Part shown: piece after piece, positions 39,636-51,033 of the stretch
Position numbering within the stretch: the first letter of the stretch is position 1
Layout of the letters: each line of letters starts with the position of its first letter
NCBI RefSeq assembly: GCF_963921235.1
Contig: NC_086109.1
Location: 34,474,001 to 34,538,000, forward strand
Direction of reading: 5' to 3'
Source of the DNA: Mobula hypostoma
Lineage: Eukaryota
Length of the DNA stretch: 64,000 nucleotides
The notes under the pieces: model-generated
Told to the model about the DNA's origin: nothing
Databases searched by the model: none
What the model saw: the letters and a program-made list of their open reading frames with translations, nothing else
Translations under genes and position numbers: made by a program

Positions 39636-40549
39636 GTAACTAATATAACTTAACTTTCAGAAATATTTGTTGTGAAATTCCAGTGAGACAGATTTTTTGA
39701 GAGCTGTGCTGTAGTTTTGACACTGAATTCTACACATACGTAAGGAGCCTTTCTGCAAACATTCTGCATCTACATTTCTGAGATGTTGCGGAATTATTTT
39801 TTTTCTGTTACAGTTATTAAATGCACTCTTTAGAAATATCTGCACATTAAACTTTAGTTCTGGAATGTGATTCCATAGACTTTGGTAGAACCAAGTTTCA
39901 ATTGCAGTGTTTAATGTAGATTTGTAACTACATTAAACATTGATAGGAAGAACATTACTCAGTGTTTCTGAAAAAATTACTGTGTGTAACTGAAAATAAT
40001 TCCAGAAACATACTGTAATAATTGTAGGAAGTAATGGACAGCTTAATGCAATCTATAATTTTTATCTCACATATTTTGTTTTCTGTAAAAGATTTTAGAT
40101 TATTATTCAAATAATCTAACAACAGCCTTAAAATGAATGTTTTATGGCTACTGTATCTCACTGCTTTTCTTCCATTTTCTAACTCCTTGCCTATTTTGTT
40201 ACCAGTCTCACTGTTCTTTGCTACATTTTTGTTTAGAATCTGTAATAGTTTTCTTCAATTCCCTTTCTTACTGTCTCATTCTATTCCTTCTCCCTTGATG
40301 TTCCCCTCTCTCTCTTGGATTTAGTATATATCTCTCTGACCATTTATGACTGAGTAGTTCTGTACTTAATTCATCAGTTAGCTAATGCCTCCATGTACAT
40401 CCTCACAAACTTTCTCATTGTACCATTTGTATATGACTCATTTTACTTATTTTCATCCTCCTCACCATAGAATCCTTGACCAAAGGATTGTAAGAGCTGA
40501 GGAAAAGCAGTTGCTTTCAGGATTTTTTAAATATAAGCTCACTTTTTAA

Positions 40550-42992
40550 AATTAATTTTTTTTGTGTTTCTACATAAAACTACAGAAAAAAAAACAAGAA
40601 AATGGAGATGTATACAGTGCAAAACAAACAAATCCAATATATAATTCATAACAATAAAAAAACACCCAAAATAGAATTATGTAAAATTAGTATCCACCCC
40701 AACCTCCCACTGAAAAAAAAACCCAGGCCAACCATTTCTGCGTGTAAAAGAAGAAAAAAATTAACAGAGCATTCAACCACAGAGAACCGTAAATATATAT
40801 ACAGGAAAAAAGAAAGTATAATGCTGAATACCAAAAGTGTAATGTAATTCACAACAAAAAACTGTATAACTTACAAAAAAAGGATAAACTTAACATAAAG
40901 AAGAGTTATGAAAGTATTCAAGAAAAGGTCCCCCCCACCTTATGAAACTTTATGTCCGAATTAAGACGTGAATAATTAAACTTTTCAAGGTCTAAACAGG
41001 CGGTAATATCACTAAGCCATTGAGTGGGTGGGGCAGCATCTTTCCACCTAAGAAGAACCAACCGTCCAGCCAAGAGAGAGGCAAAAGATAATGTTCGACA
41101 TTTAGTCAGAGTCAAGTGCATATCTACTTCACCCAAGGTACCAAAAAGAGCAACCAGAGGGTTAGGTTCTAAATGGCAATTAAGGATATGAGATTTTTTT
41201 TTTAATTAAGGATATGAGATAGGGTTGAAAAAATTTCTGTCCAGAATTACTCTAGACTAGGACAGGTTCAGTACATATGAATAAGCCTCAGACCCTTTAC
41301 ACTTATCACAGACAGGACTAATGCCTGGATAAAACTGTGATAATTTAGTTTTAGACATGTGAGTCCTGTGTACAACCTTAAACTACAAAAGGCAGTGGTG
41401 AGCACATAGAGAGGTTGAGTTGACTGACTTAAGGATCGGACCACATCAGGCCCAAACTGCATCAGATAAAAGAGATATTTAAATCATGTTCCCAGGCAGT
41501 TCTAATTTTATCGACAGGGGCACGGCTCAAGATCACTAACTTATCCTGAACAGCGGATATTAAACCTTTACCCAATGGATTGATACAAAGAAACAAGTAC
41601 AGAACATTTTTCTCAGGCATCTCAGGAAAGTTTGATATCAAAGGGTTAATGAAATATCTAATTTGAAGATATCTAAAGAAATGAGTATTAGGTAGATTAA
41701 ACTTTACAGACAGTTGTTGTAAAGTTGCAAAATGATTATCTATGAAAAGATCTTCAAAGCGCCTAAAAACCCTTCCTATACCAATCGTAAAATGTTGAAT
41801 CCCGCGTAGAAGGTAGGAAAGATGATTGTGTAAAATAGGTCCAGAGAGAGAAAAACCATGAAGACCATTAAATTTTCTGAACTGAGCCCATAATCTTAAA
41901 GTATGTCTGATAGGAGGATTAACAATAAGTCTAGGCAAATGACAAGAAAATGCGGAACCAAGAAGTGCAGAAGTAGAAAGATCCAGTAGGGTTCAACTCC
42001 ATTTCCACCCATTTTGGGCAGTCAGACTTATTCTGGAAGAAAGACCGAAAAATAAGACAACGAATATTGGCTGCCCACTAATATAAACGAAAATTAGGCG
42101 AGGCCATACCACCTTCCTTTTTAGATTTTTGAAGGTGAGCTTTATTAAGTCTAGGGCGTTTACCCTTCCATAGATAAGACGAAATAATAGAATCTAACCC
42201 AGCAAGAAAAAGCTTTAGAAATAAAGATTGGTAAAGACTGAAATAGATACAAAAATTTAGAAAGGATATACATTTTAATAACATTAATACGATCTACAAG
42301 AGACATAGACAAGGGTGACCACTGTGTCAAACTCTGTTTTGTAGAGTTTAGAAGATTGGTAAAATTTTCTCAAAAAAGATTCTCAAAGTTCCTTGTTACT
42401 GTAATAGCAAGATAAGTGAATTGATTGTTAACTACTTTAAAAGGGAAGTCATGGAATACTAAAGCTTGTGCTTCTCTATCAATTGGAAAGAGTTCACTCT
42501 TATGTAAATTAAGTTTATAACCAGAAAGCTGACAAAATTTATTAAGAAGTGAAAACATTAAGGGTAAGGAGGTAGTCGGGTTTGATATAAGAAGTAAAAG
42601 ATCATCAGCATAAAGGGGAACTTTATGCTCAACACCTCCCCTCCAAATCCCCAACAATTCAGCACAGCTATGAAACGCAATGGCAAGTGGCTCTATAGCC
42701 AAATCGAAGAGTAAGAGACTTAAAGGGCATCCTTGACAAGTGTCGTATTTAAGGCTGAAAGACTGGGATAGCTGAGAGTTGGTCAATACAGAAGCAATGG
42801 GACACGAATATAGCAATTTAATCCATGTAGTAAAACTTTGTCCAAAATCAAATTTTTCTAAAACTGCAAACAGGTAATTCCACTCTACACGATCGAATGC
42901 TTTCTCCACATCGAGAGAAATAACACATTCAGGAGTCCCAGTTGAGGGTGAATATAAGATATTAAATAAGCGCCGTATATTAAGAAAGGGAT
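40550..42992 (-). mobile_element. L1-clade LINE, 5'-truncated ORF2 with 3' UTR/poly(A)
   Basis: EKAFDRVEWNYL, CQGCPLSLLLF, LYADDLLL, PNFRLY motifs; T-run at 40556-40563; TSD gctcacttttt(t)aa at 40537 and 42993. Confidence 0.85.
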
Positions 42993-43010
42993 GCTCACTT
43001 TTTTAATATA

Positions 43011-44612
43011 CAATGGCTTGCAGAAGTTTGGGTATCCCTGGTCAAAATTTCTGTTTCTGAGAGTAAAAGATTACCTGATTTCCCAAAGGCATAAAATTAA
43101 AGATGACACATTTCTTTAATATTTTAAGCAAGATGACTTTTTTATTTCCATCTTTTACAGTTTCAAAATAACAAAAAAGGGAAAGGGCCCAAAGCAAAAG
43201 TTTGGGCACCCTACATGGTCAGTACTTAATAACACCCCCTTTGGCAAGTATCACAGCTTGTAAACACTTTTTGTAGCCAGCTAAGAGTCTTTCAATTCTT
43301 GGTTGGGTGATTTTCACCCATTCTTCCTTGCAAAAGGCTTCTAGTTCTGTGAGATTCTTGGGCCATCTTGCATGCACTGCTGTTTTGAGGTCTATCCACA
43401 GATTTTTGATGTTTAGGTCGGGGGACTGTGAGGGCCAATGCAAAACCTCCAGCTTGCGCCTCTTGAGGTAGTCCATTGTGGATTTTGAGGTGTGTTTAAG
43501 ATCATTATCCGGTTATAGAAGCCATCCTCTTTTCATCTTCAGCTTTTTTACAGACAGTGTGATATTTGCTTCCAGAATTTGCTGGTATTTAATTGAATTC
43601 ATTCTTCCCTCTACCAGTGAAATGTTCCCTGTGCCACTGGCTGCAACACAAGCCCAAAGCATGATCGATCCACCCCCATGCTTAACACTTGGAGAGGTGT
43701 TCTTTTCATGAAATTCTGCACCCTTTTTTCTCCAATCATACCTTTGTTCATTGCGGCCAAAAAGTTCGATTTTAATTTCATCAGTCCACAGGACTTGTTT
43801 CCAAAATGCTTCAGGCTTGTTTAGATGTTCCTTTGCAAACTTCTAATGCTGAATTTTGTGGTGAGGATGCAGGAAAGGTTTTCTTCTGATGAGTCTTCCA
43901 TGAAGGTCATATTTGTGCAGGTGTCTCTGCACAGTAGAACAGTGCACCACCACTCCAGAGTCTTCTAAATCTTCCTGAAGGTCTTTTGCAGTCAAACGGG
44001 GGTTTTGATTTGCTTTTCTAGCAATCCTACAAGCAGTTCTCTCGGAAAGTGTTCTTAGTCTTCCAGACCTCAACTTGACCTCCTCCGTTCCTGTTAACTG
44101 CCATTTCTTAATTACATTGCGAACTGAGGAAACGGCTACCTGAAAATGCTTTGCTATCTTATAGCCTTCGCCTGTTTTGTGGGCATAATTTATTTTAATT
44201 TTCAGAGTGCTAGGCAGCTGCTTGGAGGAGCCCATGGCTGCTGATTGTTGGGACAAGGTTTGAGGAGTCAGGGTATTTATAATGCTTTGAAATTTGCATC
44301 ACCTGACCTTTCCTAACGATGATTGTGAACAAGCCGTAGCCCTTACAAGCTATTTAAGGTCTGAGACCTTGGTAAAAGTTATCTGAGAGCTCAAATCTCT
44401 TGGGGTGCCCAAACTTTTGCATGGTGCTCCTTTCTTTTTTTTTCACTCTAAAATTGTACAAAACAAAAATACACTAATCTTTCTTAAAATGTTGAAAAGA
44501 GTGTTTCATCTTTAACTTTATGACTTTTGGAGATCAGTTCATCTTCTACTCACTTAACTATTCACAGTAACAGAAATTTTGACCGGGGTGCCCAAACTTT
44601 TGTATACCACTG
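43011..44612 (-). mobile_element. Tc1 transposon (IR/DR-type ends), transposase broken by in-frame stops
   Basis: TA flanks at 43009-43010 and 44613-44614; TIR caatggcttgcagaagtttggg / cccaaacttttgtataccactg; inner repeats near 43198 and 44403. Transposase 44256 to 43219 with WTDEIKIELFG, KHGGGSIMLW, DND, WPSQSPDLN. Confidence 0.92.
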
Positions 44613-45254
44613 TATATTTGTCTGTTTTTGCACGATTTTTAATCTATTCAATATACATATACTGAAATTGATTTACTTATTTATTGTTTTAATTTTTTTT
44701 CTTCTATATCATGTATTCCATTGAACTGCTGCTGCTAAGTTAGCAAATTTCACGACACATGCCAGTGATAATAAACCTGATTCTGATTCTGATTCTGAGT
44801 TGGCATCTGGATTTGAGGAGCTAGGGCAAGGAAGTTGTTACAGAAAGGTTTGGAATGCCAGATCAAAGTTGAAATTGGAGACAAAAGGATTAGTGGAACA
44901 ATGAATCTGATGCAATTGTGTGCTGGCTGTATTTATTGTTATTGTGTGACATTTCTTGCTTCATTGCATATTGATGAGTTCTGTTTTATGATCTTTGATG
45001 GCTGATATCAATATTGTGGGTTAGCAGTTTTCTAGTTGCTTTGGCTGTCAACATTGTTGTGTGAAAATGAATTCAGAGTCTAGGGCAGGCTTACCTCATT
45101 CCAGCAAGGTGGGACGACAGAGACCAGAGGATGGAAGACAAAGTAAGGTAGTGGCTATCAGAGGTGTGAAGTTCCAAGTCATTCCAAAGCAAAAGTTAAA
45201 GGATGTCAAATGGTACAAATTCAGAGTAACATTGCTGGAACTACTTAGCTAGTT

Positions 45255-45820
45255 ATGCATCACAGCCTGGTATGGAAACATCCATGCCCTTGAATGGAAA
45301 ATCCTACAAAAAGCAGTGGATATGGCCCAGACCATCACCGGTAAAGCCCTCCCAACTACTCAGCACATCTACATGAAATGCTGTCGCAGGAAAGCAGCAT
45401 CCTTCATCAGGGACCCCGCTGCCCAGGCCATGCTCTCTTCTCACCGTTGCTGTCAGGAAGAAGGTACAGGAGCCTCCGGACCTGCACTAACAGGTTCAGG
45501 AACAGTTACTACCAATCAACCATCAGGCTGTTGAACCAAAGGGAATAACTTCACTTAACTACACTTGGCCCATCATTGAAATGTTGCCACAACCAATGGA
45601 CTCTTCATCTCATATTTCTGATATATTTTGCTTATTTATTTACTTATTACTATTTCCTCTTTTGTACTTTTGTTGCCTTCTGCACTCTGGTTGTATGCCC
45701 TACTTGATGGTCTTTAGTTGATTCTATTATTCTGTAAATTTATTGATTATGTCCAAAGAAAATGAAACTTGGTTGTATATGGTGACATATATGAACTTTG
45801 ATCATAAATGTACTTTGAAC
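45255..45820 (+). mobile_element. Rex1/Babar-like LINE 3' fragment (related tail at 44615-44798)
   Basis: gcatcacagcctggtatggaaac...tcaggaagaaggtacaggagcc RT C-terminal pattern; (ctgatt)n and tactttgaac tails. Confidence 0.55.
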
Positions 45821-47164
45821 CTGAAGGGAAAAATCATGAAAGAAACAAAAAAAGCTCAAGAATTTTTCATCTGCACAGACTTCTCAGAGATGTAGTCTCA
45901 GGCCTTGAAAGGGTGGTCACTGTTCAAAAGATTCATGATTTGTTTGCTCATTGGAGATGAAAATTGGATGTAAATCTCTCAAGGGTGGGTTTCACTGTAT
46001 GACTGAAGAAGCATCTTGCCTTATATGAAGTCCCAATGTGTGGGAACTTTGTAGATGTTATTCTGTACATGACCGAATAACATTATCTAATCTGCACATG
46101 GCTTGCTGCAGTGGGGGTGGGAGCAGGGCGTATATTGGGATCAGCTGGACACAGGTCAGGAAATAGGAATCAATAACCCAGATCAGATGGGTGGTATTTC
46201 TTGTGGAAAGAGAAAGGGATTGTGTAGTCCTGTACGTAGGTGAGATCGTGGTAGAGAGGAGGGAGATGGCTAGCATTGCAGCTGAGTCTTGGAGAAGTAC
46301 ATTTCCTTTTGACCTATTCATCACATATGGTTCTAATTTTATCCTGCTAGAATGATTCCAGCATCTATTTAATTTCTGATTCCAGTATTAAATAGATTGA
46401 AGCATTTTTAAAACATTTTTATACATTATTGAAGAAATGGTGGTAATTAAATTGACTTTGTTGATTAACTATATACAGCCGTCTATGTGCAACATTCCAG
46501 TGATTGACAGCACGTAATAATTGATGTTGTTACCTTGAGCCATTGTTTCCAACCAGCTTTGTAATTGTTGAAAAATCAGTTCAACTAGATTAGCCACAAT
46601 GCAGCTCTAGATATCTGTCTCCTGGCCCAGGTAGCCAAGCATGCATTATGAATAGAATTACAATTCTTCTCTTACTTTGGGCAAGTTTGTTTCAGTTATT
46701 TTCATTGCACGATGAAACCCTACATTTTTAATTAATACAACGGTCTTCGGCAAATGTATCAGTTGTCGGTTTTGGTCAGGAACTGCAACTTCACTGAAAA
46801 TGACAATAAAATAATATCCACAGACTTAAAGTCAAGCAGACACCCACATTAGTATTAATTCAGTTTATTTTCCATCGTTACTCACTTGCGCCATTGGTTA
46901 GCATATTTAATTATGTATTAACCAGCAAATGTTATTCGCTCAAAGTCCATGAATAATATCAGTATTTTAAAATCGACACTCTTAAAATAAAGTTTGATGC
47001 TGCCAAAGTGGTTGCACAAGCACAAAAGATAGGTTAGAATTTTTTTTTTGTTTTGCAATTCATAGTTGGCTAAAAATGAAAAGATGAACTGTTAATTATC
47101 AGCCTGCTTTTGTTTCCTTACTGGCTTAAGCGATTATACTTGAACACTGCATTTCTCTTTCCAG

Positions 47165-47222
47165 CCTCGACAGTAAACCTTGATCACATCAGCGAGAAAG
47201 CAGAATATATGTTTGAGGTTGG
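47165..47222 (+). CDS. ITPR3: ITPR3-like short coding exon 7 in window (58 nt, phase 1-2); absent from ORF track
   Basis: tctctttccag acceptor and gtaagt donor. Encodes (A)STVNLDHISEKAEYMFEVG versus recalled ITPR3 ANMNLDRIGEQAEAMFGVG. It is needed to reconcile the phases of the flanking exons. Confidence 0.88.
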
Positions 47223-47698
47223 GTAAGTGTCCTGATGAGCATTTTGATCATCTTTTCTAAGATTGCAGAAATTAGAGCTGTAATTGAAGGTAAAAAAAGA
47301 GGGTACCTGGAAAGCTGTAATATATGTGGTTAATTGGAACACATCAGGATCAGCACATTTTGGTCCAATTTAGTGGCTGTCCCGATTAAGTGAAGTGAAA
47401 TTAACTGTGTCCCAATTCTGGTTAAGTGGGACACATCAGGACCAGCACATTTTGGTCCAATTTAATGGCTGACCAAATTAACTGAAGTTTCATGGAAGTT
47501 GTTAAAAAGATATAAAAAAGACAAACTAACAAATTAAGTATTTAAATGAAATACAGAACAAATTAGAACACTTCTGATACTACTACAGTACTATGAAACC
47601 GTGCATTAGTTCTTAATAGTTATCACCAGAGAAACTCATCTGTGTCTCATTGTTTTCATTGTAATTGAATGAAATCATCGCGGACACCTAATGCAGAT

Positions 47699-48008
47699 AA
47701 AGGCATCCGTTAGTCTTGCGAGACCATGGATATGCGCCTGGAAAGTCTTCACTCTACAGGGCGCAGGCCTGGGCGAGGTTGTATGGAAGACCAGCAGTTG
47801 CCCATGTTGCAAGTCTCCCCTCTCCACGACACCAATGTTGTCCAAGGGAAGGGCATTAGGGCCCATACAGCTTGGCACCAGTGTCGTCGCAGAGCAATGT
47901 GTGATTAAGTGCCTTGCTCAAGGACACAACACGTTGCCTCGGGGGCTCGAACTCATGACCTTCAGGTCGGTAGTCCAATGCCTTAACGACTTGGCCACGT
48001 CGTTGATA
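47699..48008 (-). mobile_element. tRNA-derived SINE with CORE-like segment
   Basis: Minus strand: tggccaagtcg A box, gagttcgagcc B box, gtgtccttgagcaaggcacttaa. TSD aatgcagat at 47690-47698 and 48009-48017. Confidence 0.75.
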
Positions 48009-49207
48009 AATGCAGATGATAGACTGCATTCATGCAAAGCTATCTACAATTACAACCTCCAAATCATCATTTTCAATGTAGAATTCAAATTCTTCATAGC
48101 TTCTAATTTGCTGAAGTAGTGAAATTGTTTTGTTTTCCCTCCCGACTGTTTCAGGCATCTCCAAGCCTGAATGACAGTGAGCAAAACAGTTCTGAATAGG
48201 CGTACTGCTCATTTCTTGTCAACTATCAGGGACAAAAAATTGCTGGTTTTTGAACACACACATGTGACAAGAATACACATAGATTAAGATGTAGCTGGCC
48301 TGGGCTGGCACCAGTGGAATCAGCAGTTGGTCTGCCACCTGTCTTCAGGAGAGAGAGAGAGATAAGGAAAACAACGGAGCAGCATTTGGAGATGTTAATG
48401 AAGGAAGGAGAGCTGTCAAGATCGGCTCCCCCTTTGAACCCTGAACTGTTTGAAGTGATGGACAGGCGATACCCCAGCAGGGGGATAAAAAGGGACAGGT
48501 TCGCTAGGCAGTACACACACATGACACCTGAGGTAACAAGACCCTGGAAGTGGTGCATCTCTCACAAGTCGGTGGGAAGTACCGGGCCATAAACGCACAG
48601 GGTGGAAAGGCACGATCGACGGGAACCTGGTGTGTGTCCACCCTTGCCTGGGTGCCAGGTTCACCGCAGGGAAACGATCATATCTGGAAACGGAGGGGTT
48701 ACGGTCAGTGACCTCAGATGACATCACAAAGGACTCGCCCGAAAGCTGACTGCGAAGGTCTGTGTGGAAGCCTTGAATATTCATTCGTTTTGCTCTCTCT
48801 CTCCTTCCCCCCACTGTCCATCGCTACGGCATTGATTACTGCGAACTGAACTAAATTGAACTGAACTTTGCGTCACTTTGAAACTGGTCATTTACCCCTA
48901 GACAACGATAGAGCTTGATTGATCCTGTTATCTTAATTCTGTGTACATGTATGTTTATCATTGCTGAACTGTTGCATTTGTTATCCTTTTGATTAGAGTA
49001 CTGTGTTGCTTGTTTCTTTAATAAAACTTTCTTAGTTCTAGTAATCCAGACTCCAACTGAGTGATCCATTTCTGCTGGTTTGGCAACCCAGTTACGGGGT
49101 ACGTAACATAAGTGGGGTTCTCGTCCGCGATTTTGAACACTAAATTTGGGATGGAGTAAATTGATTGGGTCAAAATTCCCAAAAGAAAGAAAAGACAAAC
49201 AGCAGAA

Positions 49208-51033
49208 ATGGAGGCTGAGGAAATTATAAAGGCGCCGACCTTGGAGGCATTAGAGGATGCCAGGAAATTGGAATTGGTAGCTGTGGCCAAATGGTTGAAT
49301 CTTGCTAAGGGGAAGTCGACAATGAGGAGAGAGGAGATACACAGAGCTATCGTAGAGCACTATGTATCTAAAGGTGTGTTTCCCCAAGGCGAGCTGGAGA
49401 TGGTGTCTATTGAAAAACCTGCTGGAGACGCGGTACAGGTGCAGCTTGAAAAACTGAGACTCGAGCACGAGTTCCGGGTACGGCAGTTAGAACACGAAGA
49501 GAAGCAGTTAGAAAGGCGGGAGAAAGAGAGAGAGTTAGAAAGGCAGGAGAAAGAGAGAGAGTTAGAAAGGCGGGAGAAAGAGAGAGAGTTAAAAAGGCTG
49601 GAGAAAGAGAGAGAGTTAGAAAGGCAGGAGAAAGAGAGAGAGTTAGAAAGGCAGGAGAGAGAGAGAGAGAGAGAGAGAGACAGCTGGAGCGAGAAGAGAA
49701 ACAGAGGGAAAGGGAATTCGAGCTGGAGAAGTTAAAGATAAGGGCAGAGCTGGGGCTCGTGCCGAACCAAGGTGGAGGGTTCCGGGCAACCCAGGAGGTT
49801 AGGCTGGTTCCCCCATTTGACGATACCGACGTGGATCGGTACTTTCTCCATTTCGAAAAAGTTGCTACAAGTCAGGACTGGCCGAGGGATAAGTGGGCTG
49901 TTTTGCTTCAGAGTGTACTGGAAGGGAAAGCCCAAGAAGCTTACTCAGCTTTGTCCGCGGAAGATGCCCAGAGGTATGAGGTGGTGAAAGAGGCCATTCT
50001 CAGGACTTATGAGGTGGTCCCAGAGGCATACCGGCAGAGGTTCCGGAATGCGAGGAAGCAGTGGGACCGCACGTATTTAGAGTTTGCCCATGAGATGCAG
50101 ACATATTGTGAGCGTTGGTGCACCTCGAAGGGGGTAGAGGGGGATTATGACAGACTGCTACAGCTGATCCTGATTGAGCAGTTTAAAGGTTGTGTCCCTG
50201 AGGGTATGAGACCCTACCTAGATGAGAAAGAGGCAGTCACGTTAGCCGCAACTGCTAAGTTAGCGGATGAGTATGCGTTGACGCATAAAATGAAGTTTGC
50301 CCCGAGTAAAGGCTACCAGAAGGGTAGTCAGGACAGTGGGGAGAGTCCGCCAGAAAAGTCAGAAAGTAAGCCGGGGACTAGTGAGAAGGATAAGGTAGAC
50401 CGGGAGCAGTCTGGTAGGAAGTCTCCTGGGGTCATCTGTTATAATTGCGGAAAAGTCGGACACTTTGCGTCCAGGTGCTTTGCCCCAAAGAAGGAGACGG
50501 GAAAAGGAAAAACGGTGATTTTAACTGGCTGTATGGAGCTGGTAAACGAACCGCTAGGGAAGGACAGGTCTGCCAAAGTTCAGGAAGGGCGCGAGAGGTT
50601 TATCTCGGCCGGATTGGTGTCAGTGAAGGAGGGGTTAAAACCAGTTCCAGTGCGGATCTGGAGAGACACGGGAGTGTGTCAGTCACTAATACTGAAGAGT
50701 GTATTAGAGTTTAGCTCAGAGACCCAGACTGGGGAGGTAAAGGTCAAAGGTGTTGGGGAAGGGACAGAGTCAGTCCCTTTGCACCAGATACACTTACAAA
50801 GCAACCTGGTCTCTGGACTAGTCACGATCGGAGTGAGGTCCGAATTACCGATGAAAGGCATGGAAGTCTTGCTCGGTAATGACCTCGCCGGGGGAATCAT
50901 GTTCGAAGCAGTGAGATTGACAGGTCAGCCTGCCAGCATTGAGGCCCCGCCCATGGACTCACAGGTTCATCACGGGACTGCTGTAGTAAATTTAGCTGAG
51001 ATGTTTCTGCCAGCCTTGTACGAGAAGGGGTAG
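49208..51033 (+). pseudogene. gag-protease ORF (coiled coil, SCAN-like capsid, CCHC knuckle, DTG protease), frameshifted at (GA)13
   Basis: FLHFEKVA...LEGKAQEAY...PEAYRQRFR...ILIEQF; CYNCGKVGHFASRC; IWRDTG...LLGNDL. Frame switches at 49655-49680. Confidence 0.88.
49507..49680 (+). repeat. 27-bp coding tandem repeat (five copies plus a partial) ending in (GA)13
   Basis: Unit gttagaaaggc(a/g)ggagaaagagagaga encodes LERQEKERE. Confidence 0.9.

Noticed and set aside
48226..48814. Duplicated ORFs in 48.2-48.8 kb and 52.4-53.0 kb
   Set aside because: They lie in the two LTRs, and indels change their frames between copies.
49507..49680. CRISPR-like regular repeats
   Set aside because: Head-to-tail coding repeat with no spacers in a eukaryotic gag; no cas genes in the window.
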